Source of the DNA: Bacteroides sp.
GTDB taxonomy: Bacteria; Bacillota; Clostridia; Oscillospirales; Ruminococcaceae
Length of the DNA: 64,000 nt
Reading direction: 5' to 3'
Assembly (NCBI GenBank): GCA_023663265.1
Contig: JAMPHV010000004.1
Span: 410-64,409, forward strand
How positions within the stretch are numbered: the first letter of the stretch is position 1; each line of letters opens with the position of its first letter. Position numbers and translations under genes: made by a program. Shown one piece after another: positions 32,570 through 42,770 of the stretch. The notes beneath the pieces were generated by a model, which was not told where the DNA came from, did not search any database, and saw only the letters and a list, made by a program, of their open reading frames with translations.

Positions 32570-33772
32570 TCAAAGCACCGTATGCCTTACGCTGCCGTCC
32601 GAGCTCACCTCGTCAACCGCTTTTATCCCTTTTTTGCGGGCGAACTCCTTTGCCTCCTCCAGGCTGCCGTTCAGCGAGTTTTCCGCCTTGACTCCGCTTT
32701 GTATAAGGCTTCTGCAATGAACAAAGCCCTGCTCCGCCGCGTCTGCCTCCGCGTAAACCAAAATATCGGAGGGCGCCGCCGAATCGTATCGGTTCTTTTT
32801 CAGCAGCGCCTTCGCTGCCGCATTTATATTTACCGCAAACCCCGTAGCGGGGTGAGGCATGCCGAAATCTCCCATCAGAGCGTCATAGCGTCCCCCCGAC
32901 AAAACGGGCATACCATAGCCGTGTATATACCCGCGAAAAAGCAGCCCTGTATAATAATTAGCCTTGTTGACAAGTCCGAAATCCACCGTGACCTTGTCCT
33001 TGAAGCCCAGCGCGCACAAATACCCGTAAGCCTGCTTAATATCCTCCAGCACAGCCGTCAGTCTCTCATCGGTGAAAAGCTTATCCGCCTTTGCGAAGAC
33101 CTCTTCGCCGCCGAACAGCTTTGGCAGCTCGCGCAAAGCCCTGACATCGCCGCTTTGACCGTGCTTCTCCAAAGCGATCTTTAATTCGGGCATATTTTTG
33201 TTCTCAATGTATTCCCGTATCTGCTCCGTTTCCTCATCGTCGTCGGTGATTTTGGAAATAAGAATTTTAAAAAAAGCGCTGTCCCCTATCTCAAAGCGGA
33301 AATCCTCCGCCTCAAGAGTGCCTATCGCCTCTGCCGCAAGGCTCAGCGCCTCCATATCGGCTTTTTTTCTGTCGCCGCCGATTATTTCAACGCCGCTTTG
33401 GGTTATTTCGTCGTCCCTGCCGCTGTCCTTGGGATTTATTCTGAAAATATTTTGGTTATAAAACAGCTTAAGGGGGTAGGTCTCGTCCCTTAAACGCGTT
33501 GCTGCCAATCGGGCGATCGGCATGGTGGAATCGGGACGGAGCACCATCAGTCTTCCCTTTGCGTCGGACAGCTTATACATACTTTCCTGCGCAAAATAAC
33601 GGGATTTTAACATAAAAACGTCGTAAAACTCTATCCCGGGAGTGATCACCTCCGAATAACCGTAATTTTTGAACAGCCTTTGCAGCTTATCCTCCGCGGT
33701 GCGTCTTGCGACGCTTTCGTCAAACAGCAGGTCTCTCGTGCCCTCGGGAGTGATAAGATCGTATTTTCTCAT
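32570..33772 (-). CDS. hisZ: ATP phosphoribosyltransferase regulatory subunit
   Basis: PEGTRD, LRPDST, QSGVEIIG, YYTG, GGRYD; HisRS-like fold at the head of the his operon. Confidence 0.93.
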   Translation of the reverse strand: MRKYDLITPEGTRDLLFDESVARRTAEDKLQRLFKNYGYSEVITPGIEFYDVFMLKSRYFAQESMYKLSDAKGRLMVLRPDSTMPIARLAATRLRDETYPLKLFYNQNIFRINPKDSGRDDEITQSGVEIIGGDRKKADMEALSLAAEAIGTLEAEDFRFEIGDSAFFKILISKITDDDEETEQIREYIENKNMPELKIALEKHGQSGDVRALRELPKLFGGEEVFAKADKLFTDERLTAVLEDIKQAYGYLCALGFKDKVTVDFGLVNKANYYTGLLFRGYIHGYGMPVLSGGRYDALMGDFGMPHPATGFAVNINAAAKALLKKNRYDSAAPSDILVYAEADAAEQGFVHCRSLIQSGVKAENSLNGSLEEAKEFARKKGIKAVDEVSSDGSVRHTVL

Positions 33773-33819
33773 ATATATTGATTTTTTCCTTTGTATTTAT
33801 TTCGCTTTAGCACAGTAAC

Positions 33820-33848
33820 ATAATAACACATTATTTCAAAAAAGTCAA
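33820..33848 (-). promoter_or_regulatory. Probable sigma-A promoter of the his operon
   Basis: Minus strand TTGACT-17 bp-TATTAT with an extended TG. Confidence 0.6.
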
Positions 33849-33906
33849 GCATGTCGGTAAAGCTTGTTGAATTTATCCAACTTTTTTAAAAATATCGGAA
33901 TATTTT

Positions 33907-36900
33907 TTAAAAAAATGTCATCTGCGCCGATTTGTCCAATCCCTCAAACACGTTCATATCCTCTAACTTCTGCATTACCGTCTTGTTTATCCCGCTTTCT
34001 ACCTGTATATCCTCAATGCTGACATAATTGTTTTTGTTTATGGTATCCTTTAAGCTCCTTGCCGCATTTTCGCCGCAGCCATCAACAGCAAGCAGCGGCA
34101 GTCTGAGATCGCCGTTTTCGATAACATAATTGGTGGCGTCGCTCTTTAAATAATGAACGGGCAAAAAGCTGATCCCTCTGTTCATCATTTCGTAAATCAG
34201 CAGATAAGCTTCCACCATTGACTGTTCCTTAGCGCCTGCATCGGGATTGGACTGTATTTGCTGTATACGGCTCTTTACGGCGCTTTTACCGCCCATAACC
34301 GTTTTTATCTCAATATTCTCGGTGTGCTTGGTAAGAACGGCGGCGTAAAATTCGGAGGGTCTGTTTATCTTGAACCAGCCTAACTTTACCGCGCCCGTAA
34401 CATAAGCGGCGGCGTGAGCCTTGGGGAACATATATTTTATTTTTTTGCAGCTTTCAACGTACCAGTCGGGGACGTTGTTTTCCTTAAAGGCGTTGTAAAT
34501 ACTTTCGTCGAACAGCTTTTTTGCGTTGCCCTTACGGGTTATCTCCATTATTTTAAAGGCAAGCCCGGGTTCCACGCCCTTGTGCATAAGATAGACCATG
34601 ATATTGTCACGGGTACCTATTACCTCGGAAATAGTACAGGTGCCGTTTGCGATCAAGTCCTTCGCGTTGCCCACATAAACGTCGGTGCCGTGAGAAAGTC
34701 CCGATATCTGCAAAAGGTCGGAAAAGAGCTTCGGCTGCGAATCCTTAAGCATTTGTATGGTGAAGTTAGTGCCGAATTCGGGCAGACCGTAGGTACCCAA
34801 GGGCAGAAGCGCAGGGTCCTCCTCTTGAAGCTTAAGCGCTTTCGTGGAGGTGAAAAGACTGAGCACCGCCTTGTCCGAGGTGGGAACGTCGGCTATTTTT
34901 ATTCCCGTGGTGTCCTCGAGGTGCTTGTACAGGGTAGGAACATCGTGTCCCAATTCGTCGAGCTTCAAAATAGTGTCATGCAGTGCATGGAAATCAAAGT
35001 GAGTGGTGATGACTCCCTTTGCGGCGTCGTCCGCAGGTCTCTGAACAGGCGAAAAGTCGTATATTTCATAAGCGTCGGGAACAACGACCATTCCGCCGGG
35101 ATGCTGCGAGGTGGTGCGCTTAACTCCCGTAAAGCCCAACGCAAGCCTTGACATCTCGGCGTTGTTTATAACCAAGCCTCTTTCAGCCGCGTATTTTTTT
35201 ACGAAGCCGAAAGCGGTCTTCTCCTGTATAGCCGAAATGGTGCCCGCTTTAAATACGTGATCCTTGCCGAACAGCTCTTCCGTGTACCTGTGAGACTGAG
35301 CCTGATACTCTCCGCTGAAATTAAGGTCGATATCAGGCGCCTTGTCTCCCTTGAAGCCGAGGAAGGTCTCAAAAGGAATATCGTGTCCGTCGCATTCCAT
35401 TGGCGTTCCGCAGACGGGACAGTTTTTCGGCGGCAGGTCGTAGCCCGACTGAACCGATCCGTCCGTTATAAATTCGTTGTGGCGGCACTTTCCGCATCTG
35501 TAATGAGGCGGCAAGGGGTTTACCTCGGATATTCCCGACATTGTGGCGACCAAGGAGGAGCCCACCGAGCCTCTTGAGCCTACCGCGTAGCCGCACTCGT
35601 TTGATTTATGCACTAACTTCTGCGCGATCATATAAAGCACCGAGAAGCCGTACTTTATAATCGCGTCAAGCTCCTTGTTGAGACGGTCTTTGACCGTATC
35701 CGGCAGCTCGTCTCCGTACAGCTCGTGAGCCTTGCTCCAGCAAAGGTCCTGAAGCTCCTGCTCCGCTCCCTCGATAAAGGGCGTATAGGTACCCTTTGGG
35801 ATAGGTCTTATATCCTCCGCCATATCGGCGATCCTGTTGGTATTTGTGACGACGACCTCAAAAGCCTTGCTCTCGCCCAAATAAGAAAACTCCTCCAGCA
35901 TTTCATCGGTAGTGCGAAGATACAGCGGCGCCTGAAAGCCCGCGTCGTTATAGCCCTGTCCCGCCTGCAATATCTCTCTGAAAACAGCGTCGCTTTTATC
36001 CATAAAATGCACGTCGCAGGTCGCCACCACGGGCTTTCCGAGTTTTTCCCCCAACTGCACTATCTTGCGGTTATAATCCCTCAGTGTTTCTTCGGAGGGC
36101 ACCTTATGCTCGCGAAGCAAAAAACGGTTGTTGCCGATAGGCTGTATTTCAAGAAAATCGTAAAAGGACGCGATCTCCTCTATGCTTTCCTCCGATTTTC
36201 CGTTAAGTATGGCTTGATAGAGCTCTCCCGCCTCACATGCGCTTCCTATTATCAATCCCTCGCGGTGATTTTTTAGCTCCGACATGGGTATTCGCGGCTT
36301 TTTCTGAAAATAATCGAGGTTGGAAAAGGAAATAAGCTTGTACAGATTTTTTAGACCCGTATTGTTTTTGGCAATGATTATTTGGTGATAGGAGGGCATT
36401 TTTTTAACGTCCACATTTCCCAAAACGATATTAAGGTCTCCCAATTTTTCTATAGCTCTTCCCTTTTGGGAAAGCTCGATAAGCTTGATATAAATAAGCG
36501 CCAGCATTTTTGCGTCGTCAATGGCGCGGTGGTGATTAAAATCGCCCAAACCGAACTCGTTCGCCATAGCGTCGAGAGTATGCTTCTTTTTATTTGGGAT
36601 AGCCGCTCTGCAAAGCTTTAAGGTATCTATAGACGCATTGCGGTAATTTATCTTGTTCCTTTCGCAGGCGGTACGTATAAAGGAGGTATCAAAATCCGCA
36701 TTATGAGCCACCAAAGGCGCGTCGCCGCAAAATTCGAGGAATTTTCTTACCGCTTCCTCCTCCGACGGGGCGTTTTCCACCATGGCGTCCGTAATACCCG
36801 TAAGCTCGGTTATATCCTCGGGAATATGTCTTTCGGGGTTTACAAAGGTGCCGAATTCCTCGACCGCCTCCATATTGCGAAGCTTTACCGCACCGATCTC

Positions 36901-38325
36901 CGTTATGCGGTCGGTCTCTCTCGACAGTCCGGTTGTTTCAATATCAAAAATTATAATGTCGTCGTTTATGGAACGGTTGGTGCAGCCCTCTACAAGAGAA
37001 TGACCGTCGTTTACAAAGTACGCCTCCATTCCGAACAGCACCTTAAATTTCGTGTCGGGGTCTTTTTTGCGTATGTCGTTTAAAGCGCTCATAGCTTCGG
37101 GGTAAGCCTGAACGTTTCCGTGGTCGGTAATGGCTACCGCCCTATGTCCCCAGCTATAAGCGCGTTTTACCAAGTCTCCCGCGGGAGTTATGGCGTCCAG
37201 ATCGGACATATTGGTGTGCATATGCAGCTCTACTCGCTTTTCGGGAGCATTGTCCTTTTTTTCCGTCTTTTTTACTCTCATCACCGACTTGGGATCGATA
37301 TACAGCGCCTTTGTAAAATCGTCGAGCTTAACGTCCCCGTTGACCAAAAGCGCCGTGCCTTTTTTTATGAACCCGTAATCGCCGTATTTATCCGAGGGAG
37401 TAAAAATACGAAGTATCTGCGAATTGGTGTAATCGGTAAAATAAGCGGTAACTATCATAAATTCTCCGTTTTTTATCGACTTTTCCTCAACGTTAAATAT
37501 CTCTCCCCATACGGTAACATTGCTTGCAGCTTCATATACGTCCCTCATCGGAACGGGCGTGTCGTTTATCGCCTTACCCGCCAGCAGCTCCGCTTCGGGC
37601 TGAAGATACTCGCTTTCAAACATAAGCGGCATTTTTTCGGGCTCCTTTAAAATACTGAGTCTCTGTCTCCTGCCCTGCTGTTTGTTTTCGCTTCCGTCGC
37701 CGTAGCCGCCCTTACCGTAGCCCCCGCCGCCGTAGGCGCCGCCCTTTGCCGCGGCGGGAACGGGCTTTTCGGAGGGTATAAACGCTTCGGGAGGCGGTGG
37801 AGGCAAGCCCGCGTCGTCAAGTCTGATTTTTTCCTCGCGATCTTCGATGTCCACCGACCTTACTCCGTCGAATATGACTTTTATATCCGCGTCAAAATAA
37901 CCCTTGGCGTACTTTTCTATTTCCTTGTCAATACGGCATTCCGAGAGAATGTCCGCTCCGCCGTTTTTAAGAGTGATCTCATATGTACCGTCCCCCTCGA
38001 ATATTTCGGGATTTTTCAAATAACCGTTGATTTTTCCCGTAAGAGAGGGCTTTGCGTGCAGCAGGTCGATAATATGATTGATCCTGTCCGCGGAAAACAA
38101 AACGGAAGGGTACTTCGGAAAAATTTCCGCCGATTTTATATTAAGGCTCGCCTTAATATTTTCGGCGGCAGACAGTATTTCCGAGGAATCGGGCACGTCG
38201 TCCATTGAAAGCTGTAACAGCAGCCCGCTGCTTACGCTGTTGTAAATTATTGAAAGCACCTCGCCGCCGCCCACTGTCTCGTTAAATTCAATATCGGAAA
38301 ATAAATCGCTTAACCTTTTTGACAT
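33907..38325 (-). CDS. polC: PolC-type DNA polymerase III alpha subunit
   Basis: 1472 aa; PHP motifs (HMHTNMS, TDHG), embedded exonuclease (FDIETTG), PDIDLNFS, zinc finger. Confidence 0.97.
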   Translation of the reverse strand: MSKRLSDLFSDIEFNETVGGGEVLSIIYNSVSSGLLLQLSMDDVPDSSEILSAAENIKASLNIKSAEIFPKYPSVLFSADRINHIIDLLHAKPSLTGKINGYLKNPEIFEGDGTYEITLKNGGADILSECRIDKEIEKYAKGYFDADIKVIFDGVRSVDIEDREEKIRLDDAGLPPPPPEAFIPSEKPVPAAAKGGAYGGGGYGKGGYGDGSENKQQGRRQRLSILKEPEKMPLMFESEYLQPEAELLAGKAINDTPVPMRDVYEAASNVTVWGEIFNVEEKSIKNGEFMIVTAYFTDYTNSQILRIFTPSDKYGDYGFIKKGTALLVNGDVKLDDFTKALYIDPKSVMRVKKTEKKDNAPEKRVELHMHTNMSDLDAITPAGDLVKRAYSWGHRAVAITDHGNVQAYPEAMSALNDIRKKDPDTKFKVLFGMEAYFVNDGHSLVEGCTNRSINDDIIIFDIETTGLSRETDRITEIGAVKLRNMEAVEEFGTFVNPERHIPEDITELTGITDAMVENAPSEEEAVRKFLEFCGDAPLVAHNADFDTSFIRTACERNKINYRNASIDTLKLCRAAIPNKKKHTLDAMANEFGLGDFNHHRAIDDAKMLALIYIKLIELSQKGRAIEKLGDLNIVLGNVDVKKMPSYHQIIIAKNNTGLKNLYKLISFSNLDYFQKKPRIPMSELKNHREGLIIGSACEAGELYQAILNGKSEESIEEIASFYDFLEIQPIGNNRFLLREHKVPSEETLRDYNRKIVQLGEKLGKPVVATCDVHFMDKSDAVFREILQAGQGYNDAGFQAPLYLRTTDEMLEEFSYLGESKAFEVVVTNTNRIADMAEDIRPIPKGTYTPFIEGAEQELQDLCWSKAHELYGDELPDTVKDRLNKELDAIIKYGFSVLYMIAQKLVHKSNECGYAVGSRGSVGSSLVATMSGISEVNPLPPHYRCGKCRHNEFITDGSVQSGYDLPPKNCPVCGTPMECDGHDIPFETFLGFKGDKAPDIDLNFSGEYQAQSHRYTEELFGKDHVFKAGTISAIQEKTAFGFVKKYAAERGLVINNAEMSRLALGFTGVKRTTSQHPGGMVVVPDAYEIYDFSPVQRPADDAAKGVITTHFDFHALHDTILKLDELGHDVPTLYKHLEDTTGIKIADVPTSDKAVLSLFTSTKALKLQEEDPALLPLGTYGLPEFGTNFTIQMLKDSQPKLFSDLLQISGLSHGTDVYVGNAKDLIANGTCTISEVIGTRDNIMVYLMHKGVEPGLAFKIMEITRKGNAKKLFDESIYNAFKENNVPDWYVESCKKIKYMFPKAHAAAYVTGAVKLGWFKINRPSEFYAAVLTKHTENIEIKTVMGGKSAVKSRIQQIQSNPDAGAKEQSMVEAYLLIYEMMNRGISFLPVHYLKSDATNYVIENGDLRLPLLAVDGCGENAARSLKDTINKNNYVSIEDIQVESGINKTVMQKLEDMNVFEGLDKSAQMTFF

Positions 38326-38345
38326 TCCTTTTTCCTTTCGGTTCC

Positions 38346-39383
38346 TTAATCCATATTTTCTATTTCGTCCATAAGCGCGATCAAAAGCTTTTCCTCCGGC
38401 ACCTTACGTATTATCTCGCCTTTCTTGAAAAGAAGCCCCTCGCCGTTTCCTCCCGCTATCCCTATATCCGCTTCCCTCGCTTCTCCGGGACCGTTGACGG
38501 CGCAGCCCATGACCGCTATTTTTATATTTTTGCCAATATCCTTCGTTAGCTCCTCCACCTTATGCGCCAAACCGATAAGATCGATCTGTGTTCTTCCGCA
38601 GGTAGGGCAGGAAACGATCTCTACCGAATTTTTCCCCTTGCCCACCGCCGTCAGAATATCCTTGGCTGCCTTTACCTCCAAAATCGGATTTTCGGTAAGA
38701 GAAACGCGTATCGTGTCGCCTATTCCGTCGCAAAGCAGCGAGCCTATCCCCACAGCGGACTTGATTATTCCCATTCTTTCGGTACCCGCCTCGGTGACCC
38801 CCAAATGAAGAGGATAATCGCATATATCGTTAAGCCTTCTGTAAGCCTCTATCATCACAGGGACCGAGGAAGCCTTTATTGAAATTACAATGTCCTTAAA
38901 ATCACAGTCCTCCAACAGCTTAACGTGCTTCATGGCGCTTTCGACAAGAGCGTCGGCGCAGGGAGCGCCGTATTTCCGCAAAAGCTCCTTTTCCACAGAG
39001 CCCGAATTTACTCCTATCCTTATGGGTATTCCTCTTTTACGGCACGCCTCGCTTACCGCCCGCACCTTTTCCTCAGAGCCGATGTTTCCAGGATTTATCC
39101 TAAGCTTGTCCACTCCCTCCTTGGCGCACTCGAGAGCTATCCTGTGATCAAAATGGATATCCGCAACGAGCGGCACGGTAATTTTGCTTTTTATGGCTGA
39201 AATAAGCCTTACCGCCTCAATGTCGGGTATAGACGCTCTTATTATTTCGCAGCCCGCTCTCTCTAATCGGACCGCCTGCTCCACGTTTCCCTCCGTGTCC
39301 TGCCAGGGCACGTTGAGCATCGACTGTATATATATATTCCCGTCGCCGAATGTAACGTTTCCCGCTTTAACCTGTCTTTTCAT
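38346..39383 (-). CDS. ispG: HMBPP synthase (flavodoxin-dependent)
   Basis: VADIHF, RINPGN, GVNSGS, SCPTCGR, VMGCAVNGPGEA. Confidence 0.97.
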   Translation of the reverse strand: MKRQVKAGNVTFGDGNIYIQSMLNVPWQDTEGNVEQAVRLERAGCEIIRASIPDIEAVRLISAIKSKITVPLVADIHFDHRIALECAKEGVDKLRINPGNIGSEEKVRAVSEACRKRGIPIRIGVNSGSVEKELLRKYGAPCADALVESAMKHVKLLEDCDFKDIVISIKASSVPVMIEAYRRLNDICDYPLHLGVTEAGTERMGIIKSAVGIGSLLCDGIGDTIRVSLTENPILEVKAAKDILTAVGKGKNSVEIVSCPTCGRTQIDLIGLAHKVEELTKDIGKNIKIAVMGCAVNGPGEAREADIGIAGGNGEGLLFKKGEIIRKVPEEKLLIALMDEIENMD

Positions 39384-39508
39384 ATGTATCCTTTCCGCAA
39401 AAACAGAAAATCGCAAGGCACGATTCCGTACCGTGCGAATGTCAACAAAATCGACACATATAGTACGAATGCGCCTTGCCGCCGTATTCTTTTTATATTA
39501 TACCTCAG

Positions 39509-40573
39509 TCACCCTCCCGACACAAGTCTGACAATATCGTTAAAGGTAACCACGAGCATTAAAAGCATTAACGCCGCAAAGCCTACAAAATGGACCATTC
39601 CCTCATGCTCCGGCTTCATAGGCTTGCGCCTTATTATCTCTACCACCAAAAACAAGATCCTGCTGCCGTCAAGAGCGGGTACGGGAAGAAGATTGAAAAT
39701 ACCGAGGTTAATCGTTATAAGCGCTATCATAGACATGAGATTAGTGATATTTTCTTTCATATTTGCGCCTGCGCTGGCGGTCTGAGAAATGGCTGTGACC
39801 GTTCCCACAGGTCCCGAAAGGTCGTTAAGCCCGTAGGTGCCCTTTAACAGATCAAGAAGCGATACCCAAACAAGCCGACCGTAGGTCGCAGCCTCCTTGA
39901 AGCTGTAAACAAATACGTTTCCGAAGTCCAAGCGGTACGCATTGACGTAAAAATCGAAAACTACCTTTGTGCCGCTGTTTTCGTCCTGTATCAGATCAAA
40001 CTGCACATTGTCGAGTTGCACCGTTTCGCCGTCCCTTTTGACCTTAAAAGAATAACTCATATATCTGTCTTGGGGATCGGCTTTCATAGCGCTGTTTTGC
40101 AATGCGTAGGAAATATCCATGGAACTCCATATAGAGTGACCGTTTATTTCCAGTATTTCATCGCCCGCTTTAAGATACTGATTTGAAACAGGTCTGTCTC
40201 CGCGAAAGCCGCCGATCTGTGAAGATACCACCCTTCCGCTTATAATGATCGCTATCGCACAGACCAATACTCCCAAAATAAGATTCATAACGGGACCCGC
40301 CGCCAGCACTATTATACGCTGCCACACAGGCTTGTTCCTAAAGCTTCGCGGGTCGTCGCTTTCCTCGTCCTCGCCAAGCTGGACCGAACCGCCTATGGGT
40401 AAAAGCTTGACCGTATACAGGGTTTCCTTGCCCTGCTTTTTGAAAATTCTCGGTCCCATTCCCAAGGAAAACTCGCTTACCTTCATTCCGCAGGACTTAG
40501 CCGCAAAAAAATGACCCATTTCATGAATAATTATAATAATACAAAATGCAAGAATCGCCAAAATTATAAACAT
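39509..40573 (-). CDS. rseP: RIP metalloprotease RseP (M50 family)
   Basis: HEMGH, PDZ-like LKAGDEILEING, NLLPVPALDG. Confidence 0.92.
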   Translation of the reverse strand: MFIILAILAFCIIIIIHEMGHFFAAKSCGMKVSEFSLGMGPRIFKKQGKETLYTVKLLPIGGSVQLGEDEESDDPRSFRNKPVWQRIIVLAAGPVMNLILGVLVCAIAIIISGRVVSSQIGGFRGDRPVSNQYLKAGDEILEINGHSIWSSMDISYALQNSAMKADPQDRYMSYSFKVKRDGETVQLDNVQFDLIQDENSGTKVVFDFYVNAYRLDFGNVFVYSFKEAATYGRLVWVSLLDLLKGTYGLNDLSGPVGTVTAISQTASAGANMKENITNLMSMIALITINLGIFNLLPVPALDGSRILFLVVEIIRRKPMKPEHEGMVHFVGFAALMLLMLVVTFNDIVRLVSGG

Positions 40574-40615
40574 AGTGCCTCCGGTTGTCCTTTTGTTCTT
40601 TTGCCGAATGTTCTT

Positions 40616-41752
40616 TTATGTATAAAGGTGCTTCATTAAATTTTCCGTTTCTGTCTCTGTATTATATATTATCTCGGGTGAAACGTCCTCGGTAAAGGAG
40701 ACGTTTTCCATAGCATATGATATTTTTTCGGGAATTTCGCAAAATTTTATCTTATCCTTTAAAAACATTTCAACGGCTGCTTCGTTGGCTCTGTTCATAA
40801 TACAGGGCATATTGCCGCCTTTTTTTAAAGCCGATCTCGCCAGACCGATACAGGGAAAAGCCTCCTCGTCGGGTCTTTCAAAGGTCATTGCGGTATCGAA
40901 AAGAGAAAGAGACCTCGCGCAGGAGGGACAGCGCTTCGGATAAGTTAAAGCAAGCTGTATCGGTATTCTCATATCGGGGACCCCAAGCTGTCCGATGACC
41001 GATCCGTCCTCAAATTCCACCGCCGAATGAAGTATGCTTTGCGGGTGGACTACTATTTCGATCTGCTCCGGAAGCACGCCGAACAGCCGCACCGCTTCGA
41101 TAAGCTCCAGCCCCTTATTCATCATAGTCGCGCTGTCTACGGTTATCTTCGCGCCCATATCCCAATTGGGATGCTTAAGCGCCTGCTCCTTGGTGACCGT
41201 CTTAAGTCTCTCAGAGGTATATCCTCGGAAAGGACCGCCCGAGGCGGTAAGAATTATCTTTCTCGGTTTATTATCACCGCTGCCCATAAGCGACTGAAAA
41301 ATCGCAGAGTGCTCGCTGTCGATAGGGAGAATTTCGACTCCCTTTTCCCTTGCGAGCTCCATTATTATTTCTCCGCCCACCACCAGGCTTTCCTTGTTGG
41401 CGAGCGCGAGAGCGTTTCCCGCTTCTACCGCGGATAACGCGGGTGCAAATCCCGCCATTCCCACAACGGCGTTTACCACCTTGTCGCATGACAGAGCCGC
41501 GGACTCGCATAGCCCGTCTCTGCCGCAAAGAAGCTTGAAGCCCTTTCCGTCCAAGGCTTTTTTTAAATCAAAATAACGGCTTTCATCCGCTATACATACA
41601 TATTCGGGCGAAAACTCCAACGCCTGTTTTACAAGCAGCTCAACGTTTTTCCCTGCGGACAAAGCCTTTATCTTTATTTTATGCAGACGCGCCACATCTA
41701 ATGCCTGTGTTCCGATAGAACCCGTGGAACCCAATAAAACAATTTCTTTCAT
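40616..41752 (-). CDS. dxr: 1-deoxy-D-xylulose-5-phosphate reductoisomerase
   Basis: LGSTGSIGTQ, LANKESLV, PIDSEHSA, LTASGGPF, NKGLE. Confidence 0.97.
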   Translation of the reverse strand: MKEIVLLGSTGSIGTQALDVARLHKIKIKALSAGKNVELLVKQALEFSPEYVCIADESRYFDLKKALDGKGFKLLCGRDGLCESAALSCDKVVNAVVGMAGFAPALSAVEAGNALALANKESLVVGGEIIMELAREKGVEILPIDSEHSAIFQSLMGSGDNKPRKIILTASGGPFRGYTSERLKTVTKEQALKHPNWDMGAKITVDSATMMNKGLELIEAVRLFGVLPEQIEIVVHPQSILHSAVEFEDGSVIGQLGVPDMRIPIQLALTYPKRCPSCARSLSLFDTAMTFERPDEEAFPCIGLARSALKKGGNMPCIMNRANEAAVEMFLKDKIKFCEIPEKISYAMENVSFTEDVSPEIIYNTETETENLMKHLYT

Positions 41753-41871
41753 AAGTCTTTAACGTCAAGTAATATAAAAACATGCTTTCACAAGACATTA
41801 TTCCTCCGTTCCGAGAACATATTCCAAAGGAAACGCCGATTGTGTTACGCTGTGCTTTGATCAGCGTTTCC

Positions 41872-42717
41872 CTAAGCTATCATCTGAACAGGCTCGATAA
41901 AGGAAAACGCCAAATACAGAAACGGCGCTACAAAAAGAACGCTGTCAAACCTGTCGAGTATTCCGCCGTGTCCCGGTATAATATTGCCGAAATCCTTTAC
42001 CATACACTGCCTTTTAAGCAGCGAGGCGGAAAAGTCTCCGATAACGCCGAGCACGGCGCCTATTATCGAAACCGCAACAATATAAAGAACATTAACGGTA
42101 AAGGTCCTCTCTCCGTTTACAAGCCCGTCCGCCCAAGGATAACCGAAGCCTGCAATCAGAGCCGCCACGATCGCGGTGATAAGACCGCCGAAAAATCCCT
42201 CCCAGGATTTTTTCGGGCTTATTTCGGGAGCCATTTTATGCCTGCCGATGGCGGAGCCGACAAAATACGCCCCCGCGTCGCTTATCCAAGGGATCAGCAG
42301 CGACAGCACCACATAAAATACCCCAAATTCAAAATTTTTCTGTAAAAACACTATCGTTGACAGCGACAAAGGTATCAAAAAGGCAACAAAGCTCATCAGC
42401 GCAACTTCTTCAAACCTTACGTTTTCGTGATCGAGAAGCATAATTATAAACATTACGAGCAGGAACGCTGCCGCAAGAATGGCGAAAAAAGGCTTCAGCG
42501 TATCGATACAAAGAAAAGACGGCATAGCCGTAACAAAAATCATACATACCGCCGCCACGCCCTTATTGGAAAAATATTTAGTCGCCAACAGCACCTCTCC
42601 CACTGCCAAAGCGGAAACAAGGGTCATCACCACCAGCATTACCTCCGCATTATTCAGCCATAGGATAAAAATAACCAAAGGCACCGCGACAACCGCCGTT
42701 AATATTCTCGTCAACAT
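41872..42717 (-). CDS. cdsA: Phosphatidate cytidylyltransferase
   Basis: ISPKKSWEG, GDFSASLLKR, KDFGNIIPGHGGILDRFDS. Confidence 0.95.
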   Translation of the reverse strand: MLTRILTAVVAVPLVIFILWLNNAEVMLVVMTLVSALAVGEVLLATKYFSNKGVAAVCMIFVTAMPSFLCIDTLKPFFAILAAAFLLVMFIIMLLDHENVRFEEVALMSFVAFLIPLSLSTIVFLQKNFEFGVFYVVLSLLIPWISDAGAYFVGSAIGRHKMAPEISPKKSWEGFFGGLITAIVAALIAGFGYPWADGLVNGERTFTVNVLYIVAVSIIGAVLGVIGDFSASLLKRQCMVKDFGNIIPGHGGILDRFDSVLFVAPFLYLAFSFIEPVQMIA

Positions 42718-42770
42718 AGAAACCGTCCTTTAATTCGGAAATAGATCGCGCCGATGAATAAACAATGGTA

